A program made the position numbers and the translations under genes. Below are positions 37,401-54,600 of a DNA stretch of 64,000 nt, one piece after another. The stretch lies in assembly GCF_964204865.1 (NCBI RefSeq), contig NC_135258.1:17422001-17486000 (forward strand), in the 5' to 3' direction. This DNA comes from Styela clava. Its lineage: Eukaryota. Below the pieces are notes generated by a model. That model ran no database searches, was not told the DNA's origin, and saw nothing but the letters and a program-made list of their open reading frames with translations. Within the stretch, counting starts at the first letter, position 1. Every line of letters starts with the position of its first letter.

Positions 37401-40400
37401 ACAAAGTAATTTTCGTATTTTTATGCATATATTTATCTTTTATCCTTCATACTTTTATTCACTTCTACAGTCGCTGAACAGAGATGACATATCAGTTGAG
37501 TTTGTAACAAAACGCATTAAAAGAGGACACGAAGATGAAGATCTAGTTGTATTGGCAAATTTATTCAACGAAATTTACCTCAATGAAGATACCAGAAAAA
37601 TAATTGAATCATTTGAACCAGATTTAGCTGGATTAAGCAGAAAAGAGATTAACAAGTATGGAAAGAAGTGAAAGTAACTTTTATCAATAACATTTTCAAA
37701 TTACAATCAAAGTAAAATAATGTTGTCGACGCATCAGTGGTAAACTCGCAGATTCAAAATATCAGTTACAATCCCTATTTACACCCCATTATCAGGATGT
37801 AATAAATTGAGTAAGCTACTCTTAACAGGAAACATCAAAGTCCTTCCACAAAAAGTAACTCCCTGAATATTAGTGTTTAGTTTTTGTATGTAGCCTTTTT
37901 CAGATCATACGTGGTCCAAATGGCTCAGTAGTAGTAATTTCCAATTTTTTCTGTCATTTTTATCAATTCTTAGATTTATAATGCTATGCGCTCGACTTAT
38001 ATAGTTTATTTATACATTTAAAGGATTATTCGAGTACTGGGAGGAACATCAGAATCTGACATTCCTTTACTGAAAGAAGCAAAATTACTGAGACTACAAA
38101 ATGTCCAAGATATGTTGACGACAGCAAGTATGCGCACTCGTACTACACAACACATGACAACAGTGAGGATACATACTATTTAAGATTGCTAATTAAACTG
38201 ACAAAACTGACTGACCTTCAATTTTTGAATTAAATGGAATATTCCAATTTCAAACATTGACCTTTTACACTATGAATGTCCCTGGGTTTCTCAGACTTTC
38301 GTTATCCGTGGCCTTCGGAAGACTCTCGAGACATGTGGCCGCATGTTTTTCTATAAAAATCAGTCGTTCTATGTGCTACATTCAATAATACGAAAACAAA
38401 ACAGGTTAACGCGAATGAATAAATGCATTACAATAAAAGAATCAACGTGAACTGCCTTCAAATTAACGAAGTTAGTGTAAATATTACCTAGTGAACAACT
38501 TTGCTAGTGGCACCCAAATAACCACTCCGTGCTTATGCTTATAATGTAACAGAGGAGCTGAATATGTATTACAACTTGAACTGTCATGAAAAATGCTTTT
38601 TACTTTATCTAATATAACGTCAGGAATAATATTGGCTATCATAAAATATATATTTATATATATATACATATTAGAGCTACATTTTGGTGTTAATATTTTG
38701 CTATTTTTCTGACACCGTTCACCAGACAAATCACAGCCACATTCACTTTGTTGTCTGCGGGGAATTTAACTATATTCTGCGTTTAGACTGTAAGTTCGAG
38801 GAATCGACGACAAGCTGGAACTCCACCATCATCAAGTGGTGATTCTAGCGAACCATCAACAGGCGTATTTACAACGATAGCAACATCCACTGAAAATGCA
38901 ACACTCGCACTTGCAAAGAAATACCCAGATGTAATTAATTTTAGTTGATGAAAACTTTTTTATTTTTAAATGAATTGCTAGTGGTATTTTTTTATCAAAA
39001 AAACTCAATTATATTATTTACTGTATGTCTTGTTTGTATGTTCATTCGTAACTATTGCTGAGATGAACAATAATTTTGAAACAGATGAATGAAAACACGG
39101 AGTGTGTTACTTGAAATGCACACCGCTGTAATTCAAATCGAACGAATAAAAATACCAACAACTTTATCACTAAAAACTCATTGAATTTAGCAAAAAGACT
39201 ACTTTGGAAGTGGAGAACAGGATCCAGAATGCTCATGGTTTAACGATGGTAAAGTAGTTGAAACGTCAGGCGATGAAGTTTGCAACAGGGACAAGGCTTT
39301 CTTTTGTGAAAGACCAAGTATGAATATGAAAATATAAATGGTTTATTGTATTATATTGACTTGTTTGATGCATAACACATCAACCAAACTAAAAAACATT
39401 TATGAAACAGCGGCTTGGTGGGTTATCCATATCTCAGCACATGCTTTGCTCAATTATTGCGAACAAATATACTTTATTAAAACAATATTAAATCTTAGAG
39501 AGTATGAAGCTAATTCACAAAGAAAATCTCGATAACTTCAAAGCAAAAAATGCATGCGAAGGCAGCACTCACACAATATACGGATATGGGTTGAATTGCT
39601 CATAAAAGTTTTAACTCAAACAATTGTTCTTCTTCATTGCAGCATTCGCATGTTTTCGTATGTGTAATATTTAATTTAAGACTTTGAGAAGTTGAACGGT
39701 TTATTCCAAGATAAGAAATTATATATATATTTGGGTTGTCCATTCGCAGTTTAGAAAAAGAAACCAACCAAATCTTTATCATTCCAGAGATCGATCTTTT
39801 TGAACCTTCACGCATCACTGATTTGAAAGTCAAAGTTACTGAAGATCTCAATATTGTTCGACTTGTATGGACGGCCACAGGCGATGACAAGACTAATGGA
39901 AGAGGTACGTTATAATATATTTTTGTAATCTAATTTTGACCATTGGGAGACCAGTTGCCAATTTCAATCTTGAACTAAACGATATAATGAAGTATCAAGA
40001 TGAAGCCACCATTTTACTCCATTAGTAGCAAGTTTAATGACCTTAGTCAACAACGGTTCTAGGAAAATTCGCCGTAGGAAATCTTCCCGCAGAAAATTTC
40101 GCCGCATAGGAAAAATCGCAAGGGTATTTTTCTGTAAAACAAGTATTTGTGATAAAAACAGTTTTTAAAGTATCTTTTTATTAAAAAAGATTCGTTATTT
40201 AAAAGCATACCGTAACCCTGCGGCGAAATTTTCTGCGGCGAATTTTACGGGCACAGGCAACAACAGCTAGATTAACCTAAAGCATGCATTAGAAATGTTA
40301 GTCCCGTTTCACTTTCACCTGTATAGAATACAGCTATTTCTAAATCTCGAAGCAGATTGTCGTGTGATTTAAAATGCGGAACAAGTATAGATATGTAATT

Positions 40401-43400
40401 CTGTCAACATTCTTCTTCTTTACATTCAGCGAAAGAATATGAAATACGCAATCTTAGAACGAAGCGAGCTCGAAAGCTTGCAAGGAATTTCAAAGACGGT
40501 GAATTATTGAGCTTCGCTGCAATATTAAATGGAAGTGTCGATGTTGCCAAAATCTCGGGAGAACGTGAAGAATTAGTCGTCAATTTAACAGAAATTACAG
40601 GTTGGACTTTTTTTTATATCGAGATGGGAAATTTAAATTCTATAATGTTTTGTTTAATTGTAATTTAATTTATTCGATAACAAAAAAATGGAAGTATGAA
40701 AGAGATTTTCATCGAAAACACATATGATCAACTCAGAAATCCGAAGCTTTGTTTGTCTTTAATATATTTCTAACGTAAAGGTGACGCATTACTTTTAAAT
40801 TTTTTTTTTTTACAAATATTTGACACACATTAGGAATTTCAAATTGAAAAATCATTAATGTCGATAAAGCAAAAGTTAAATTTTTTTCTCCCAATCAGGT
40901 TGCCCACCACATGCTGCACTGGACCTAATAATTCTCCTACCTCGCCGAATACTTTCTCCGAGTTCCACATCACGAATCGAAAAAGAATCAACTTTGGATT
41001 TATTCAGAACTTTATTTTCCATCTTCAAAATCAGTAAGTAAAGACTCAAACTAAGACTTGCACCTACCATGATTATTAAGCCTAAGACAGTAAACCCCAT
41101 GAATGTGAAAATTTCTACACTTGAAAAATATCTTCGGGCTGAACCTCGTCCAACTCAGATTGATTTCTTTTACTTGAGCTTTTTGCTTTAAGTGAATTTA
41201 ATGGGAATTAATAAATAATTTGTCCGACAGGTACATATGAAGTACAAGTGAGCGTTGTTGCTATACAAGATCAACTTGGGAGAGTTCTTCTGCGTGATTC
41301 TACTAGTGCCAATGAAGTTCTGAACAGTATTAGGCAGGGATTAGAACAAGACAACAGACTCAGACAGGAAGTCAGATACCGTAAGTAAAAACATATATAT
41401 TGCTATGAACAAAGCCGTAATATACCAACGAGTGAAGCACATGTTTTTGTGCTTTACCGTAACTAAAGATCGTTCATTGTTTCCATTCGATATACTTTCT
41501 AAATATCTAACCCTGTTTACCCTTCTGAATATCTAACCTTGTTTCCATTCGATATACTTTCTAAGTATCTAACCCAGTCTATCTTTTTAAATATCTAACC
41601 CTGTTTATTTCAGATGACACTGTAAAAATATTAGAAGATATGAAATCAAGGGGAAGATCGATCACACCAAAAATTTTATTATCTATATTGACGGAAGAAG
41701 ATATGGAAGAGTTGATAACATATGAAAACACCACTGATATGTTCAAAATTATCGTTGGTGTTGGAATTGCAAATGAAAGGTAATTTTTGTACATCTGCAA
41801 TGATAATTTTAATCATTTTTAGGTTTGCAGTGTAATAAATTGCGCAAGAATTACAGTCAAAGCTAAATGTACTTGATGAAGTTATTTAGAGTCGGTTTTG
41901 CCGGTGAGTGATGTTAGTTAATCCAGCGACCGCACAAGCAGTCACGAACACCTTGCGCGACATGACATGACGTTCTGCGGAGCAATGTGGAGAGATTTCG
42001 AAAATCAATTTAACAAGGGGAGGAATTGGTGCATATATGACTCAAATTAAAATATTGAGATAATTCTTTATACAGTATCCACCATAGGTAACTGATCTCT
42101 TGTATGTTTGTTCCATTTTAAAACTGCAGTGCTGCGTTTAGTTCATCAACTTGCGCCATTTTCATTGTGTTGATTCCTTCATCTATAAGCCAAGCAATTA
42201 GAAAATCGAAATCAGTATTTTTATTCTTTTGATTTACAGCTGCTGTTTTGAGTTGGTAGGTAAAATATTTATTTTTCAACAGTGACGTTCGCGCCGTAGT
42301 TTCAGATCCGCCATGTGAAAATGCAATATTTGCTTCAACGTGGAAAAACTTGAATGAAACGTATCGTGAAGTCGCATCTCAGCTGTGTTATGCAAGAAAT
42401 GATGAATATCAGGTCAGATCCTATCGAAATTAAAAAACAATTTTTTTAATGAAAGTAGTAATAATAACTTCTCATTAAAGAATTTTATAAATAATTATAA
42501 CGGATAAATTGCTAAGAACAGCACATATCAATACTGTTACTAATAATCTATTACGAGAATTATCTGGAATCAAATATACTTGCTAGGATTTTATTCAAAA
42601 TTTTCAATCATGTCGCATCTGATTTGTTGTAGGGCAAAAATCTGACACTATTAGAAAAGTTGTTTCCGTATTTTCAGGCTTGGGGCATTGTTGCTGTTGA
42701 CGAAGGAGGTTTACGCAGTGAGCCTAGCAATATTGTATCAAACATAATTCACAACCATCGGAAATTGGTTGATTGTCCACCAGAGCCAGAATTAGTAAGT
42801 ATATTCGAAATAATAATTTTAGATTTAGCTAACACTTGTGACACTCAGACAACTATGGTATCAGTCATGCTTTTCAACGCCCATCTCTATCGTTACAGCC
42901 TCAACCCAGCGTTGCAGGAATCGATGTTACAGTCGTAACCATTGCAATTACAATACCTCTTGCTGCCATTCTTGGTATCGTTGGCGCAGTTATATGCTTT
43001 GGTCAAGTGAAAAAATACAGAAAAAAGAAGAGAGAAAAAAAGGAGAGAAAGGAACGTGAAGCGGAAGAAGCGGTTAGTTACTTTAAATTTCTTCTTTTCA
43101 AATATCAATAAACATAAGCATATAAAAACTTCGATAGTAGAAAAATCTAGCGCAGTAAAATTACGTTAAATTTCCAATCTACACCGCTTAATATCCCTTA
43201 CTATTTCTAATAAGAATTGAACTGGAAACTGAATTCCCACAACGAATTATAATATATTTCAGTATAAGTGGCACTAATGTGTATATCCCCATTAAATGAA
43301 CAATAACATAATTTACCTTCCGTACACGATTTGCTTATGTTTTCATGTCTGCTTGGAGATTTTGTCATGTTATTGTATATATATATAAATACCCACAGGC

Positions 43401-44158
43401 TGCAGAAGCAAAAAGAGCCGAAGCAATCAAAAATGCAGGGTAAGTCCACCGTTTTTGTGTCCGAGTTCTGCCGTTTCGATAACTTAAATAATAAAAAGAT
43501 ACAGAGTCTCCTGTTTTGTTTTTTTTTTGTTTCCATTATCCCCGAGTTTTGCCCTTAACCTCATTTAGGACTTGAAATTTCGACCACTGAAAATAAAAAT
43601 AAAGATTGACCACACCACTGGGGGTTATGCATTACATCAATGGATGCCATAGGCTTTGTCTCAGTCAAACTGCAACCTTACTGCTTAATTTCAAAATAAA
43701 AAATATCATATTCACCGCTACAAATCGAAACATCGAATCGTCTATAAACATGGCGTATAAACTACACCCATAAAAAAATGCGTGTGAGATTTGTCTTGAG
43801 GATTTTCGACTGTAATCAGAACAATTGACCTATAAATCTATATATAATATATATATTATGTCTGTTAAAATTGGTGTTGTAATAAATTTTAAAGATATAA
43901 AGGTGAAGGAAAAAATTTATGATTCGTTCTGCACGATCAATTTCGCATCAGCAACAACAATCCAGCAAAACGCATTTTGTGCCCAAATATTGAGGCAATG
44001 TAATGCTGTATTATGGCTTCTCAAAAACTTCTATTTTTTCTAGGATCCGTGGGAACGTTCGCGCCAACATGGTCGGTTTGTTACAAAATGTTCGGCGAAA
44101 TTCAAACCTGAAGCTGAAGATCAACAAAACAGCACCAGTGACGCAGCCACCAGTTTAA
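25444..44158 (+). CDS. CLCA: CLCA-family protein, ~33 exons; membrane-anchored pseudoprotease with extra CTLD and VWA domains
   Basis: Exon starts (approx.): 25444, 25909, 28153, 28611, 29054, 30543, 31119, 31463, 32081, 32328, 32841, 33142, 33731, 34266, 35190, 35775, 36359, 36607, 37195, 37471, 38024, 38787, 39191, 39755, 40430, 40899, 41231, 41615, 42282, 42679, 42899, 43399, 44044. Motifs: signal peptide, NGYEGLVV, LRWGVYDE, ASLMY, HNAEAPTLHNLHC, VLVLDISSSM (MIDAS), LKDDGRGADVIANDGIYSGYF, PSRITDL..WTATGDD, AVDEGGLRSEPSNI, TM helix at ~42930-43003, TAA at 44156-44158. Confidence 0.9.
30905..31070 (+). mobile_element. Probable tRNA-derived SINE remnant (intronic)
   Basis: A-box-like TGGCCTAGTATGG and B-box-like GTTCAATTCC at tRNA-like spacing; no cloverleaf recognisable. 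Confidence 0.4.
40054..40257. mobile_element. Small intronic MITE
   Basis: Repeated GAAAATT(T)CGCCG at the left, inverted CGGCGAA(A)TTTT at the right; flanked by CAACAA on both sides. Confidence 0.6.
41478..41607. repeat. Intronic minisatellite with ATATCTAACCC core, about 4 variable units
   Basis: TGTTTCCATTCGATATACTTTCTAA.TATCTAACCC occurs twice, with two shorter units. Confidence 0.7.
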
Positions 44159-44822
44159 ATTACACTCATGAAGACTTTACTTATAGACAAGTCAAAAGGT
44201 GTCACACCGCCCCACATTAAGTGCAAACATGCGACTTCCGCTCCACACTAACTATACTAACTATAAAAAACATTCATACGCGTCTACTTGGCATTTACAT
44301 TATGCACCACTGTGCTACATACATGCGCTATTACATATTGTTAGTTAAAACCATGCTGAGAATTCCAATATGGCGCACATACCTCGAGGGGTTGCAGTCA
44401 CAGTATGACCTGGACACCGATTTGGGTAACATTAACGTCGCATAGTATTGTTACAAGCCAACAAGAATGACTACAGCTGACAACTGAATCAATGAAGTGT
44501 TTTCGTTCCTCTGACGTGGTGGTTCGTATTCGCTTCCCGTAATATCCTGCTTGGTCTTGGCGATGCAAGTACACTAAGAACCGTAGTCACACGGCACACC
44601 CACCATTCAACCTTTTTCAATATACGAATTGCATTTATTGTATATTTTTCATTTATCGAAATTTTTCTTATCAAATGAATAAATTTATCTGCCTGTGAGA
44701 GATGTGATTGTCTGTCATATATGTATGTAACGTACTGAATACAAAAAGAATACTCAAATAAATTATAATAATACAACAGAGGAACACAATGCCCAAAACA
44801 AAAATTATTAGTCTGAATTCTT

Positions 44823-50071
<5,249 letters not shown>

Positions 50072-51682
50072 CGTGGCGAACGATGGATTTCAAATGGTTC
50101 TTTCTTCAATGTTTGTTTACATTTTCTTTTGTTTGTCATTGTAATTGTCTGTTTGTCAAAAGTAGTTATCACAGATTACTTCGTTGTTGGTAAACAAATC
50201 AGCTCCAAGACACAGATAATATATTGTTTTACAACTAACTAACGAGATTGTGCAACGTTTCATTTTAAGATCTATATAACTGCCTATCCCGTCGGACAAC
50301 AAATATTTTCTATTTTCCTCTCAAACAAAAACGAGACAAAACTCAAGACTGTCCAAATTCAGTGGATAATTTAGTGAAATTTTATATCAAGATTTGCATG
50401 ACTAATCCAATGTCTTAATAAATAGAATTTCTGGAGGCAAATAAGTAATTTTATATATATTCGTACAAATAATTTATTATTTGACGATAGAAATTAATTT
50501 GAAACTGATTACTAATTATGCCGTGCGTTGAATAACACATTGAGTGAAACAATAATCTTATCTGTAAACCTTAAATATTATTCGGGCATCATAATATGTT
50601 GAATACAGCCCTACTAATTGGTTATCCACGCCCCTAATGGGTGTTAACATTGGCTGCAGTCTCAAATTTATCGCGTACTCAAAATGCGCACCATTTTACA
50701 AGTGCAACCAACAGAGCACAGAAACCTAATTCGTCCTTAAAACTTAATTGAACTCTATCAAAGCATAAATCCACTCGATTATGTAGCTTACATACAAAAT
50801 GTATGAGGTTTCCTGTTGTATGTGGGAGAGTATCAAATGGTCCATTACGTATATCCACAAACTAACATTTAAATTCAGATGTGATCAGAAATTCAATGAC
50901 AATAAGCATATACGCCAATTAATTATTTTATGTCTTTGATTGTTTCATTAGCAATATCCTTTTAAGAATAGGTGCACGTCACCTCGATTAATCTTGCGGT
51001 GCGACCTTCTTGCCCGGGGGCATTTTTACGATTAGAAGACTGGTTTTTCATGTGTTCTTATGACGCCTCGAGAGTTCCATTGAATACCGGTTTTAGTTGA
51101 GTGAGTAGAATGATTTACAGCATACAGTAGCAAAGTAGATGTTTAGTTGCCAGTGTTGTAAAAACGAAATGTGCGTAGTCAAACAAATTGTTCTTGTTAT
51201 TTTGTTTTTTATATGAATTATGTTTTGATTGTATTTTTGAGTCGTCATACTTAAAGTTATTTAGGCTTCTAGAAAACTTAACTTATAATATTAACCCTGC
51301 GACAGACAATGTGGATATAAATCTAAATCGAACAGCTCGTCGACTTCGCTTTTTATCTAAGGCTGTAATAAGTGTATTTTACACAATGTAGAAAAGTGAG
51401 TGAAATATATAATGCAAGAGGTGAACTAGGAGCGATGGGTACAAATTATGTGCAATGTTGCACTTATTAGCATGCAAGATTGTCTGTACTTTGATTTAGG
51501 CATATCTGGAATCATTGATTCACTGGAATATATTTCATCGACGAAAGCGGTGCTAAATTTACATGGTAGAAAGCAAGGAATCAGTTTGTCGATAAATTAC
51601 AAGATGATTTATATATATACAATTCAACATTATACAGGGATCTACAGCTTAAAATTTAAGTAGTTTAATCACCCGCATATCA

Positions 51683-54600
51683 ATGGCCGGATTATTACCA
51701 CAAAGACTTATTTCTTCGACTGGAAGCGGACCTATAGCCAGAACCCAGGAGTATCAGGTAAAATACAAAATTAGTAATTTAGTACTCAAGTAATTTGATT
51801 TTCAAGCTTTCAATAAAATTATACTAAACTGAATTTACCCAGACTTTACATGTTTTTAAGGAACGTGTTGGGTTCAAGAAGTTTGGGGAAATAAAAACAC
51901 CAATTTGTATTGTGATAATTTACCAATTCATCTACCATTGAAGGAGATTTTGTTGAAGGCTATTAAATAACCCATGCTTGGTAACATATAATTTCGATTT
52001 GAAAAATGTTAGTTCAACTATTTGAAATTGTGATGTCGTGGTTGCTGTCCTTCTTAGAGTCATTTGATCATCTTCTATGGTCAATGAAACAGAAGTATTA
52101 CAGAAATATATTAACAATTACATATGTATTCAACATTTAAACTAGGTCTTCAAATCAAGTACTCATAATGCTGCTGTGTTGAATGGACTCAATGATTTAC
52201 GTCACGATGAAATTCTTTGTGACGTCACGCTCATGGCAGAGGAACAAAGTTTCCCAGCTCATAAAAACATCTTAGCATCATGCAGCCCGTATCTCAGAAA
52301 TTTGTTCAGTGCCGAAGGAGGAATAAAGAATGAACATGAGGTGAAATCATATCATAGAGGCTATACAAGTTTGTATTCAAACATTATAAGAACTCTAATT
52401 TGAGCTCAATTTTCAAAGCACGTAATTTCCACTCCAACTTTGTTTTTTGACACGTAAATCAAGTTCCTTTGATTATAACGCGGGGACATTCCTTTCACAT
52501 TCAGTTAATTACCCTAAAATAACTACACTATTGGAGATGAATTTCCGGATTTTTCATACAAATCCCCTGCCAAAAAACACTGCCAACGCTCGAGGTAAGA
52601 AAATTAGTATTTATTTAGTTAGGGTTAGAAATGCAGATTGCGCTGCAAATTCAAATTTTCTAAATCATTCCTAACCCCAACTGGATAATACTAAACGCGG
52701 GGGGTGTTTTTCTATCAAATCTTTCATTTTTGCATTAGTTGCGGGGGGCTTTGTACAAAATATCCAAATTTCTTGATTCACGAAGCAAATGTATTTCCAT
52801 AACAAAGCTTATTTCTTTTATACCCTGTCTAGTGTTGAGCATATACCTTAGCTATCGGGCTATACTCTTAAAACAGATCTTCACTGTATTATAATTGTGA
52901 AGAAATGATATTTTCAAGCAATTGTTAAGAATAGAAAATCGGAACTCGAGATGTCTAGACTGTGACAATTACAATCCATCTTCGTTCTTGTCAGTAATTC
53001 ATCCCAAACCGGTTATGTTAATTACGACGAAGCTCGGTTCAAATATCCTTGCTTTAGAAATATATAATTATATAACGGTCAATACGCGTTGATCTCAAAA
53101 TTCCGAATTTCAATTTCTACACAATTAAGTTAGTTTGCATAACAACTTTTCAAAAATAACTTTGAAATTTAGCATTTTCTTTTAATAATGTTTTCCCCAA
53201 AGGTTGTCGAAATCCGCGGTGTGAGTTCAGAAGGATTGAAACATGTTATAAACTTCGTTTACACATCGGAATTGGAGTTGACAATGACAAATGTGCAGCA
53301 TGTTCTTGCAGCAGCTGGCCACATGCAGTTGAAACCAATTCTCAATTTCTGTAAGGTAATAAAATTAACATTGGTAACTATATACTTCAAATTTAATAAT
53401 ATTTCGATAGCATTCACAGTAATATACTTCAACTATAATAAATTCATTTAATTCTTTATAGCTCTTTCGATTTTTATCCCCTTCTGCCCTCTGATATGAC
53501 TAATAGAAATAGAAAGACTAGGTCATGATCAACTTTTATTTTAATTTTTATGTTACAGGCTTTTCTTGTCACTGAGATATCCGTCTACAATTGTGTTAGC
53601 ATTATTCATATTGCTGAACATTACGAATTACGAAGTGTGGAAGAAAAAGCTTATACATTTATTGCAGAACATTTGAACGAGCTAGTTAAAACTGAAGAAT
53701 TACAGGTGTGTATGTGAAGGCAAAATACGTACAACAATTTTTACTTTCTTATATGCATGCGACCACTTTTATGATTTTAATTTATGTTCTGAAAATAAAG
53801 TTTAATTGGAAAAATCCATTCCATTCATCCAAGATTCCTCTAATGAATGTCCGAGACATGTGTTTTTATTTCAAATAAAATACAAATATGGACATATGAA
53901 ATAAACTTCAATTTATTGAACAATTTAGGATGTTCAAATTCGATGTTTGGTGTAGATGAATGAATAGTAAACGCGGTTATAGATTATCGCAATTTTTGCT
54001 TATGAAATTTAGCTTTCATGCAATAATAATGTAACCTTTGGAATTTGTTACTAATCTCGTGAATTTCTTTACCAAGAACAAAACACTTTTATATCTAATT
54101 TTTTCTCGTTCAGAAACTGAGCATAAACAATATGTCATTTTTGTTGGATTCATATTCTCTGAAAAACGTTTCTGAGCTCGAACTTTTCGAAGCAGCAAGA
54201 CAATGGCTTCTATTTGATTCGGAAAGGTATATTTTGCTTCAATATAATTATCAAATGAAAATTATAGAAAATAAATTCATACCTATATCTTATTAAGACT
54301 ATATTTAAAAAAGATTTGGAATGCGGAAAAGTACAATAGTATGCTGATCAATTTTGAGTTTTTTTGAAAAATATTCCGAATTCAATTTCGATTTCTATGC
54401 CATAAAAGTACACAAAAACGATGAAAAACACATAATAATAAATTGAGCAAGTTTTCTAAATCCTCAAGTGGCATTCATAGTTGTTACAAAAGTATTGGAT
54501 GCTTTGAAACATCACGGGGAAACCGAGATACGAGTATTTATTTTGCAGTATTTTGTTATTGCCTCATCACTAAATTTCTCATCTTTTTTTTGTTTTTGTT

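Noticed and set aside
41478-41607. Repeat-spacer-like pattern resembling a CRISPR array
   Set aside because: Eukaryotic intron, irregular unit length, no unique spacers and no cas genes; it is a minisatellite.
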